Positions 8,443 through 16,344 of a stretch of DNA of 64,000 bases are shown here, one piece after another. Source of the stretch: Candidatus Promineifilaceae bacterium (GTDB taxonomy: Bacteria; Chloroflexota; Anaerolineae; Promineifilales; Promineifilaceae); assembly GCA_041570195.1 (NCBI GenBank), contig JBFFWQ010000018.1, forward strand, positions 466 through 64,465. The letters run 5' to 3'. Numbering within the stretch: the stretch's first letter is position 1; each line of letters opens with the position of its first letter. The notes beneath the pieces were generated by a model. The model was not told the DNA's origin and searched no databases. It saw nothing but the letters and a program-made list of their open reading frames with translations. The position numbers and the translations under genes were made by a program.

Positions 8443-9828
8443 TCAAACAAAAACGACCGGAGCCTGGACTGCCGCTAACCCTTCGGCAACGCCTGCATCG
8501 CCGCCTGACACCGTGACATGCGCTCCGCAAGCTAGCGCACGGCGGGACGCAGCGCCAGACGATGTGTCGTCCCTTAAGAAATAGACCCGCAGACGGGTGC
8601 TGCCGTCCCGTAACAGCCGGATCTTGTCCTCGTCATCCAGGTAGTTTTGGTCAACGCGGGCCGTTGGGATGGCCTGTTGGGCGACGACCGGCCAGGGCAG
8701 GGCCAGATAGTCTACCACTGTCTCAAGCCAGCTATTGTGGGTATGCTGCCGGCCCATTTCCAGGCTCCGGCCGCCCCAGGATCGATCGCCGCCATCGTAA
8801 GCAGCGAATTTGACCACCCAGTCATCCTTCTCGTCGATTATCCTTGTTGAACTTTCCTCTGTAAGAAGTATCGTTCGCGGAATGCAGCGATCCAGCACGC
8901 TTAGGTCCTTCTCGTCTAGTTGTTGGCGAATCTGCGGTAGCTCTAACGCAGCCATCAGGGTCTTGTTCTCCAAAAAATAGATGTTGGGATTGAGCGACTT
9001 AGCCCCGTTCAGCTGCCATTGTTGAAAGTTTCGCAGCCTGGTCTCCGAAAAACAATCGAAGTAACCGAAACGAAAAACAACGGTGTCATCGACATCTGAG
9101 GGCCATTCCTGGTCATCAGGCCACATGAACTGTTCCAGATGATGGCTCCGCACCCGGCCGATAATGTCGCCGTTCCAATTCTGGGGTTTAGAAGGAATGC
9201 CAAAGATAGGCGGTTGCCAACGCTCCCCCTGGCGTACTTCCTTGGCCAGCACAGTCAGGGGCACATCATAGAGGACCCGGCCGGTTCCACCAGCATCCTC
9301 CAACGCCCGGCAGAAAGCTAATTGTTCAAAAAGAAACTCGCTCCAGGCCTGGGTTCCGGCGAATAAAAAACAACGACCGGCCAGATAACGGACGAAACCA
9401 TCGGCCAAGTCGGTCGCCAGCCCATAGGCCGTTTGCATGGCGTGAGCGAAACCGTGGGCCGAAGGGCATATCTCTAACTCGGTTACCATTAGCTGGTAGG
9501 ATGAATCATCCCCGTCGACCGGGCACAGTTGAAAATCAGGACGTAGCGACTCAACGCGACCGCCAGCGACAAAGCGCGGGATATGTTTAGGCACCTTGAA
9601 TTCCAGCAACTCCATCAATCGGCGACTTGACCCGCGCCGGTATGAGTCGACGACGACATCAAAAAAGGAGAATAGCGCCGGCCCGATCGCTTCGAGCTGT
9701 TGGGCAACTTGTTTAGACAGCTCAAACGGTTCACAGGCCGGCCGCCACCACACGCCGTCGACCCCGGCAAAGCCGATGCCGGTGTTATCCAATCTTCGTC
9801 GCAACCCGTTTTGTACCTGCAATGCCAC
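8443..9828 (-). CDS. hypothetical protein, possibly ATP-grasp-like ligase fold
   Basis: 461-aa ORF in the operon. Weak resemblance to circularly permuted / glutathionylspermidine-synthase-type ATP-grasp (LRPDFQLCPVDG...MVTELEICPSAHGF; VVKFAAYDGGDRSWGGRS). No confident family. Confidence 0.55.
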   Translation of the reverse strand: MALQVQNGLRRRLDNTGIGFAGVDGVWWRPACEPFELSKQVAQQLEAIGPALFSFFDVVVDSYRRGSSRRLMELLEFKVPKHIPRFVAGGRVESLRPDFQLCPVDGDDSSYQLMVTELEICPSAHGFAHAMQTAYGLATDLADGFVRYLAGRCFLFAGTQAWSEFLFEQLAFCRALEDAGGTGRVLYDVPLTVLAKEVRQGERWQPPIFGIPSKPQNWNGDIIGRVRSHHLEQFMWPDDQEWPSDVDDTVVFRFGYFDCFSETRLRNFQQWQLNGAKSLNPNIYFLENKTLMAALELPQIRQQLDEKDLSVLDRCIPRTILLTEESSTRIIDEKDDWVVKFAAYDGGDRSWGGRSLEMGRQHTHNSWLETVVDYLALPWPVVAQQAIPTARVDQNYLDDEDKIRLLRDGSTRLRVYFLRDDTSSGAASRRALACGAHVTVSGGDAGVAEGLAAVQAPVVFV

Positions 9829-9848
9829 GTTATCGGACCGCGTGAGCT

Positions 9849-10706
9849 TTAAAATGCCTGTTGATAAAGGTTCTTGAAATCAGCCTCGCCTACCAATCCC
9901 CGATTGGTTGGCCAGTTTCCGTCAAGATGGTAAGCGTTCTCAGCCATGGGCGGGATCATCTCCTCGGTTAAACCCACTTCATGTAGTCGGGAAGGCAAGC
10001 CGATATCGCCAATGAGCTCCTCCACGGCCGTCACCGCTCGTTCCGCCCATTCTCGCCGGCCTCGTTCGGTTTCCGAGCCGCCTTGTCCGCCCAGGCCCTC
10101 AAGGGCAGCGCCGATGTCCCCAGAACGCTCGATGGCTCCTGGCAGACTAAAGGCCATTTGGTAGGGCAGCATCAGGGCGATGGCAACGCCAGGTTGCGTA
10201 GCGGTAAACGACGATAGTTGGTGGGCCAGAGAGTGGCAGGCGCCTAACCATTTGGAGCTGATAACTATGCCGGCGATCATCGAAGCCAACATCATGTCTC
10301 GCCTTGCCGTTCGATTGCTAGGCTGGGCAACGGCGAGACGGAGGCTGCCGCCTATCAGCTCTATGCCGTACAAGATCATAGGATCCAGCGCCGGGTTCTG
10401 CTTGGTCGACACATAAGCCTCGATGCAGTGCGAAAGAGCATCCTTTCCAGTTGCCGCCGTAGCCGCATCTACCGAGCCAATATCAGGGTTGGCCGGAATC
10501 TTAGCGTAGCACGTGTATGGTAGTCTGGTAGCGTCCAGGGAATCGATGACCGGTTCAAGTAACCGGGCGGAAATGATGCCTGGGTCGGTTAGGATGAAGA
10601 CGCTATTTGCCCTGAGCGCCCGGGCTTCCTGGCCCACCTGCCCAACCGCACCAATACCAAAATGTGTCGGCCCAGGCCATAGGTAGGTTGAGATACTCTC
10701 TGCCAT
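9849..10706 (-). CDS. iron-containing alcohol dehydrogenase family, internally deleted (likely degenerate or pseudogene)
   Basis: The Fe-ADH N-terminus (HFGIGAV...VFILTDPG...ANPDIGSV) joins directly to the helical-domain motif TGKDALSHCIEAY. The GGGS and PTTAGTGSE region (~100 aa) is absent. The last metal His appears replaced (ATQPG). Start chosen at ATG 10706 (AAGGA 8 nt upstream). Confidence 0.6.
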   Translation of the reverse strand: MAESISTYLWPGPTHFGIGAVGQVGQEARALRANSVFILTDPGIISARLLEPVIDSLDATRLPYTCYAKIPANPDIGSVDAATAATGKDALSHCIEAYVSTKQNPALDPMILYGIELIGGSLRLAVAQPSNRTARRDMMLASMIAGIVISSKWLGACHSLAHQLSSFTATQPGVAIALMLPYQMAFSLPGAIERSGDIGAALEGLGGQGGSETERGRREWAERAVTAVEELIGDIGLPSRLHEVGLTEEMIPPMAENAYHLDGNWPTNRGLVGEADFKNLYQQAF

Positions 10707-10755
10707 AGAATTCATCCTTGCTAAAGGCAGCAAACTTATTGCTGGTCGAGACGAA

Positions 10756-11934
10756 CTAGGAAATCGAACCGATGCCATATGCGCCGTGAAGTTCCTGGCC
10801 GGCATTGAATCGGTCCACAGCATAGATATCGATGGGTACGCGAGGCGCCTGGCCCAATATGGTTTGCGCAAGACCTTCGCCAATGGTGGGGGCCAGCTTG
10901 AAGCCATGTCCGCTGAAGCCGGTCGCTACGAATAATCCTTCATGGCCTGGCACCGGACCGACCAGGGGGTTCCAATCGGGGGTGATATCGTATGGGCCCG
11001 TCCAACCGGAGATATATCGCCCTTCTTTAAAGGCCGGCATCCGGTTTGAGATGAGCCTGTCAATGCGCGTGACGTGCTCCAAATCGACGCGGTCGCGCAG
11101 GGTATCAGGGTCTTCAATCGGATCGCCATGGTCGCCCGTGCCAACCAACACGACGCCGCCCGTTTCCGGCCGGAAGTAGATCTTATCGGGCGTCGTTAGA
11201 TCCTTGACGATGGGCCAGTCGGGCTGGTAGCGTTGGTCGATCTTGAGAGTGATGACCTTGTGCCGGCTGACCTCGTAAGGAAAGCTTACGCCAATCATAC
11301 GCCCAAGTTGATTGACCCATGGGCCCGCCGCCAATACCACAACCGGGCCTTCGTAGGCGACATTTGTAGTATGTACCATCTTGGTCGCCCCGTTCAAGTC
11401 AATGCCGGTGACGGCTGCGCCAGTCTCTATGCCAACTCCCAAATCCTTGGCGCGCCGCGCATAAGCGGTTGTGGTCAGATATGGGTCGGCATAGCCAGCC
11501 ATCGAATCGTAACCAATCACGTCGACGTCCTCAACCTGAATCAGGGGGTGGACGTTTCGCGCCTCGGCCGGGCTCATGATGGCCGTATCGATATCATAGG
11601 CCTTTTGTTTGCGAAAGACCGCCATCATTGGTTCGCGGTGCTCTGCTGGACCAAGGATCAAGTAACCGGTCCGGCGCCAGCCCACGCTCCCGCCCACGAT
11701 TTCATCAAAGTTGGCGAAGACCTTCAGGCTCTCAACCGCATGAAGTAAATTGGCCTCAATAGAATAATGGGTGCGGACGATGGCGCATGATTTCGCCGTC
11801 CCTCCAGAGCATATTTCGCCCCGCTCCAGCACGACAACATTCCTGGCCCCGTTCTGTGCCAGATTGCACGCCACGCTGCAGCCCACCACCCCACCGCCGA
11901 TTACGATAAAGTCTGCCGTCTTGGTCTTGCTCAT
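10756..11934 (-). CDS. FAD-dependent oxidoreductase (DAO family; sarcosine oxidase beta / D-amino-acid oxidase-like)
   Basis: Dinucleotide motif DFIVIGGGVVGCS...VVVLER. ATG at 11934 has AAGGGA upstream. An alternative TTG start lies at 11958. Confidence 0.8.
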   Translation of the reverse strand: MSKTKTADFIVIGGGVVGCSVACNLAQNGARNVVVLERGEICSGGTAKSCAIVRTHYSIEANLLHAVESLKVFANFDEIVGGSVGWRRTGYLILGPAEHREPMMAVFRKQKAYDIDTAIMSPAEARNVHPLIQVEDVDVIGYDSMAGYADPYLTTTAYARRAKDLGVGIETGAAVTGIDLNGATKMVHTTNVAYEGPVVVLAAGPWVNQLGRMIGVSFPYEVSRHKVITLKIDQRYQPDWPIVKDLTTPDKIYFRPETGGVVLVGTGDHGDPIEDPDTLRDRVDLEHVTRIDRLISNRMPAFKEGRYISGWTGPYDITPDWNPLVGPVPGHEGLFVATGFSGHGFKLAPTIGEGLAQTILGQAPRVPIDIYAVDRFNAGQELHGAYGIGSIS

Positions 11935-11972
11935 ATTTCCCTTCTTGCTCTTCGGCAACTGCCGCTGTCAGT

Positions 11973-13286
11973 TTACATCCATGGAAACGGTGCGTTTGAC
12001 TTCGGCAGCGCCCTTTGCCCCTCAAAACGACTATAGGCGAAGGGTGCCAACAGTTCACTTGACTTGCCGGTCAGGATGCCGGCCACTTGTTCGCCAACGC
12101 CAATCATTTTGAAGCCATGATTCGAGTCGGCAATGACATATACATTGGGGCGCATGAAGTCAAATATCGGGAAGTTGTCGGCCGAAAAAGCCCCCACGCC
12201 ACCAGAAGGTACTTTGGAAGCAAACCGGCGCTTGCCCTCATAGCGCTTCATGCAGTGAGCTAGCGAGGCCACCCAAAGATCGTAAAACTTAGCGTCAACA
12301 CAATAATAGGGGCTGCGCGTGCCATAGGGATCGACGGCGATATCAGATCCGACGTTAACAGGTACCGCTCCGCCCTGTACGGAATGCTTGTCGCGCTTAA
12401 CGTAAATGCCCCAGGGCCGGTCCCACACCAACTGGCCGTCTTCGCCATACAATGGCACGTCGCTATCAACATGAATCAAGGGAGGACGTTGGCCATCGTC
12501 GGTAATGTGGATATAGGGATTCACCTCAATCTCGCCCTCCCTTAGAGCGAGGAAACGCCATAATTCCGTCTTTTGTCCTGGCTCTTGGGGATCGGGCACA
12601 TCCTGCGGGAGGGCCAGTAGATTCCAAAGCTTCTTGATCCACGGACCGACGGCGACGATCACATGACCAGCTTCCAAGTTGCCAAAATCTGTTTCTACGA
12701 CGGTGACATTACCGCTGCTGCTGAACTGAAAGCCAGTTACCTCTGGGCCAACAAGCAACTGAACATCTTCTCGCTCAGCTTTAATGGCCAGGCCATGGAT
12801 CGCCTGGCGGCTCCAGGCGTGCCCGCCCCGATGTTCGTGTAACAGCACTTCCAGTCTTTCGGCCCGCCAATCGTAGAAGATGTTCTGCATGTATCGCTTG
12901 ACTTCACGTTCGCCGACCACGAGCGTGGAGGGGTAACCCAGCTCTTGATGGCGCCTATGAACAGTTTCCAACCCCTCCCGCATGGGGGCGAAAGATGCGG
13001 TCAGGTAGCCGACCGAGTTATAAGCGAAATAGTCGGGATCCGATTCCCAAATATCCATGCAGTGTATCATCAAGCGTGTCATCGGCTCCTGATAATAGTT
13101 GCAGCGCACATTGCCGCATGCTACGCCCGAGGCGCCGGCGGCAATGCTACTCTTCTCGACTACCAGGATATCTTCGCCACCACCCTGCCCGTTGGCCTTC
13201 AGGTATTTGGCCAGGTGATAAGCGGTGGACAAACCATGAACGCCAGCTCCAATGATCAGGTACTCAACTTTCTTTGGTAATGCCAT
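11973..13286 (-). CDS. FAD-dependent oxidoreductase (DAO family), paralog of 41311-42645
   Basis: 437 aa. EYLIIGAGVHGLSTAYHLAK...VVEK. Colinear by eye with the 41311-42645 product from the N-terminus to the C-terminal ...PFPWM / ...HSPWV. Confidence 0.8.
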   Translation of the reverse strand: MALPKKVEYLIIGAGVHGLSTAYHLAKYLKANGQGGGEDILVVEKSSIAAGASGVACGNVRCNYYQEPMTRLMIHCMDIWESDPDYFAYNSVGYLTASFAPMREGLETVHRRHQELGYPSTLVVGEREVKRYMQNIFYDWRAERLEVLLHEHRGGHAWSRQAIHGLAIKAEREDVQLLVGPEVTGFQFSSSGNVTVVETDFGNLEAGHVIVAVGPWIKKLWNLLALPQDVPDPQEPGQKTELWRFLALREGEIEVNPYIHITDDGQRPPLIHVDSDVPLYGEDGQLVWDRPWGIYVKRDKHSVQGGAVPVNVGSDIAVDPYGTRSPYYCVDAKFYDLWVASLAHCMKRYEGKRRFASKVPSGGVGAFSADNFPIFDFMRPNVYVIADSNHGFKMIGVGEQVAGILTGKSSELLAPFAYSRFEGQRALPKSNAPFPWM

Positions 13287-13342
13287 TCAATTCACTCCTG
13301 AAAACAGCTAGCGCGGCCGCTACCGTTCAAATTCCGCGAGGA

Positions 13343-13816
13343 TCACGCCGCAATCGGGGCCAACTGGGCGCCGCTCACTGAAATCAGATCTTGAGGATCC
13401 AATTCGAGGCCGGCCAGCGGATCGCCGCTACTGATATTAACCATCTTGCAGCGCCCGATCGCCTCGTCAAAAATCACCGGCACATCTTCGGGCAAGCAGA
13501 CTGGCGCAACCGCGCCCTGCAGATAGCCTGTTTTCTGGTAGATCTCATCGGCCGAGGCAAATCTGAGCCTGGCCCATTCACCGCCTAGATAGGCGCGCAC
13601 GGCCTTGGGATCTAGACGAGCATCGCCAGTGACACAGGCCATCACATAGTGGTGGTTCTTGTCGCGTAGTAAAATTGACTTCACCATCTCTTCCTTGACA
13701 ACGCCACGTTGGGCGGCCGCGGCCGCCACAGTGTAAACCGGCTCATCGTGCGGCAGTAGACGAAAGAGTATATTCTTACTCTCCAACAGGCGGATGACTT
13801 TCGTGTCCGGGTTCAT
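13343..13816 (-). CDS. YbaK/ProX-type aminoacyl-tRNA-deacylase-like domain protein
   Basis: 157 aa from MNPDTKVIRLL. The pattern VKSILLRDKNHHYVMACVTGDARLDPKAV...GAVAP is YbaK/EbsC-like. The ATG at 13816 overlaps the upstream TGA (ATGA). Confidence 0.75.
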   Translation of the reverse strand: MNPDTKVIRLLESKNILFRLLPHDEPVYTVAAAAAQRGVVKEEMVKSILLRDKNHHYVMACVTGDARLDPKAVRAYLGGEWARLRFASADEIYQKTGYLQGAVAPVCLPEDVPVIFDEAIGRCKMVNISSGDPLAGLELDPQDLISVSGAQLAPIAA

Positions 13817-15195
13817 TGATCCATTGTATCGGATCGTTGGGCGAGGAGCTGGCCCAGAAAACTGATATCCGGCAGCTCCGCAACACGCCAAATCGTCAAT
13901 TCGAGCTCTGTCAACCTCTCTTGCGACAGGCACGCGCTCGCCAACCAGCGAAACTTCTCGCGCAATACGTCATCGGTCGGCGGATATTCCGCCCCCCAAT
14001 CCGCCTCAACCTCGCCCGTGTCGAACATGGAACCATCTCTGGTCCTGATTTGAACCTGGGCGATTCTTTCAGCTGGGAAGCGAGCACTAAAACCACTATC
14101 TTCCACCAGTTCTACCCGTTCCGCTAATTGGTTCACGAGCGGATGAAGCAAACCTTGACCACTTAACTCGTCCGGCCCAAGTTGCCGGTGAACCAGGGCG
14201 GCCGCTACCGGAAACGGCAGACTATACTGGGCAACCTCTGTGCTTTCTGGGTGAGCGTCCTTCAACCGTACAGCCTCGTGAAAGGTGGCTACCCGGATGC
14301 GCTGGATGGTTTGCGGATCAAGGTCATGCTGTTTCTGTAGCATAAGAACGCCAGTAATCGCCGGCTGGGCCCAGCGACAGACGGCGAATGGCTTGAAGTA
14401 TTGCTCGGCGATCAGCCATCTATCCCCTAAATCAGCCCAAAATCGGCCGATTTCTTTTGCCTCCACCGTCAGGGAAGGCGCGCCCGAGAAACCGTCGCCG
14501 GCCAACAAGGCCGCGCTCACGCCGGTCATGGCGCCCCAGCCTGAGCCATCTTTTAGCATCGTCGGGTGATCAATACAGCGCATCATTTGGGAACGCGGGC
14601 CATGGTACTCGGCGATTCCAAGGGCATGTCGGGTCTGGTCCTCGTTAAGTCCAAGACGCCGGGCGATGATAGCCGCACAGCCAAGGGCATTCCAGGCCCC
14701 AGAAGTGTGATAATCACATGCCGTGGCATGCAGGGCTAGACCGGCTCTCAGAGCGATTTGGTAGCCCACCGTCAGGGCAGCTAAGAATTCTTGGCCGCTG
14801 ATCGGCTCATTTAAGACTATTGTCGAAAAGTTTGCAGGAACCAAAGCTGCGCCAGCGTGCCCCTTGGTCAGGGTGAAACCGTCGTGGATGTCCAGGGCAT
14901 CAATGGTCATGCCGTTGGCCAGCGCAGCGCCTGGCGGCGAGACCGGCCGTCCATCCACCCACAACTGGGCCCCAACACCGGCATATGTCGAGGCGCAAAA
15001 ATCGTGGATTATCTGGGAGAGCCTGGTCTGCCGCCCACCAACAGCAGCGCCCAGAGTATCGAGCAAGCAGCGCCGCGCCTGGCTCTGAATCGGGAGCGGC
15101 AGATCGTCCCAATTAGTTTCGTGAATGAATTCCGTTACCCGCAACGATGTTTCGGCACGCTTCAAACCATTTCGCCTCGACAATGTCAGCGACAC
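13813..15195 (-). CDS. MmgE/PrpD family protein (2-methylcitrate dehydratase-like)
   Basis: 460 aa with a GTG start. N-terminus VTEFIHETNWDDLPLPIQSQARRCLLDTLGAAVGG is typical of MmgE/PrpD. Confidence 0.85.
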   Translation of the reverse strand: MSLTLSRRNGLKRAETSLRVTEFIHETNWDDLPLPIQSQARRCLLDTLGAAVGGRQTRLSQIIHDFCASTYAGVGAQLWVDGRPVSPPGAALANGMTIDALDIHDGFTLTKGHAGAALVPANFSTIVLNEPISGQEFLAALTVGYQIALRAGLALHATACDYHTSGAWNALGCAAIIARRLGLNEDQTRHALGIAEYHGPRSQMMRCIDHPTMLKDGSGWGAMTGVSAALLAGDGFSGAPSLTVEAKEIGRFWADLGDRWLIAEQYFKPFAVCRWAQPAITGVLMLQKQHDLDPQTIQRIRVATFHEAVRLKDAHPESTEVAQYSLPFPVAAALVHRQLGPDELSGQGLLHPLVNQLAERVELVEDSGFSARFPAERIAQVQIRTRDGSMFDTGEVEADWGAEYPPTDDVLREKFRWLASACLSQERLTELELTIWRVAELPDISFLGQLLAQRSDTMDQ

Positions 15196-15399
15196 TTAAG
15201 GTATTCTCGCGGAGATTGAATCCCCCGGCAAGTGCAGGGAAGCAGTTATAGTGATGCGGAACCGGTAATTAGGGCCGGCGTGGAAGCGATCGGCGATCTC
15301 CGACCGAGGGAAGAGAAGTAGCCTACTGAGCCACAAATGGCCATCTAAACATAGTCTGTCCATATCGGAGAATGCGTTTTTTACGGACATAGTATCAGG

Positions 15400-16344
15400 T
15401 CAGTAATTGAAGTGAGGCAGGAGCTCACTGGCCAACAAATCCAGGGAGTCCAAGTCGTCCAGGTCGTTATGCTGCAGCATGAATCGTTCGATGCCGGCCT
15501 CGACGAAGGCCATGACTTGGTCCATCAACTGCTGGGGGCTGCCTCCCAGATAACCGGTTGCCAGCCAGTCCGGGAGGGTTGCCGGTAGGCTTGGGAACAC
15601 TGACCGGTGGGCGTCGATACGATTCTGAATGACCAGTTCGTTCCGTCCAATGACAAATGGGATCATCAACGAGCGCTTCAAAGTGGCCGGATCGCGGCCG
15701 ATAGCCTGGCAATTCTCATCTAGCTGGGCTGACTTCTGGCGAAAGAGCTCGATTCGCTCGTAGGAGAAATTCCATTCTGTGGCTTGCCGGGCCACGATTT
15801 GCAGTGTTTTCTTGCCCTTGCCGCCCATGATGATTGTTGGGTTGGCTCGTACCGGTTCAGGATGCGTTTCGGCCTTGGCCAACTGAAAATGCTTGCCCTC
15901 ATAGCTGGCTGGTCGGCCCGTCCACAGGAGCTTGATCACCTGTGCACCTTCATCCAGCATCTCCAACCGGTCTTTGTAAGGCGGGTAATTGACACCAAAC
16001 ATGCGGTGCTCGCCGCCAAACCAGCCAGCTCCCAAGCCTAAGTCTAATCGGCCGCCAGATAGCTGGTCCACGGCGGCCGCCATTTTGGCCAGCATGATCG
16101 GGTGACGAAAGGTTATTGGACAGACCATCGGTCCAAAGCGAATGCGCTTGGTCCGCATTGCCAAAGCCGTAAGGGATGGCCAAAGCGCCAGGGAGGTGCG
16201 CTGGGGAAATCCCTCCAGGGCCGTCAAGTGATCGGAACGAAACAATGAGCCGAAGCCAACTCCTTCCACCGTCTCGGCCATCTTGAAGAACCGTTCCCAG
16301 GTCAAATCTTCCTGACCTTCGATCATGATGCCTATCTCAGCCAT
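15400..16344 (-). CDS. LLM-class (luciferase-like) flavin/F420-dependent oxidoreductase
   Basis: Start at MAEIGIMIEGQ (ATG 16344, 8-nt overlap with the upstream stop). FGSLFRSDHL and LDLGLGAGW motifs of luciferase-like monooxygenases. Confidence 0.8.
   Translation of the reverse strand: MAEIGIMIEGQEDLTWERFFKMAETVEGVGFGSLFRSDHLTALEGFPQRTSLALWPSLTALAMRTKRIRFGPMVCPITFRHPIMLAKMAAAVDQLSGGRLDLGLGAGWFGGEHRMFGVNYPPYKDRLEMLDEGAQVIKLLWTGRPASYEGKHFQLAKAETHPEPVRANPTIIMGGKGKKTLQIVARQATEWNFSYERIELFRQKSAQLDENCQAIGRDPATLKRSLMIPFVIGRNELVIQNRIDAHRSVFPSLPATLPDWLATGYLGGSPQQLMDQVMAFVEAGIERFMLQHNDLDDLDSLDLLASELLPHFNY

Noticed and set aside
13817-13933. N-terminal extensions of ORFs 13343-13933, 3792-4955, 9849-10907, 15400-16395, 20388-23306 and 41311-42666 that overlap upstream genes.
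   Set aside because: Internal ATGs with an RBS and ATGA or 8-nt stop overlaps give family-typical N-termini. The extensions have no homology-like content.
15196-15399. The 204-nt gap between the LLM and PrpD-like genes as a structured RNA.
   Set aside because: Only weak 5-7 bp complementarities are present (GTCC...GGAC). It is more simply an internal promoter or operon boundary within the minus-strand array.
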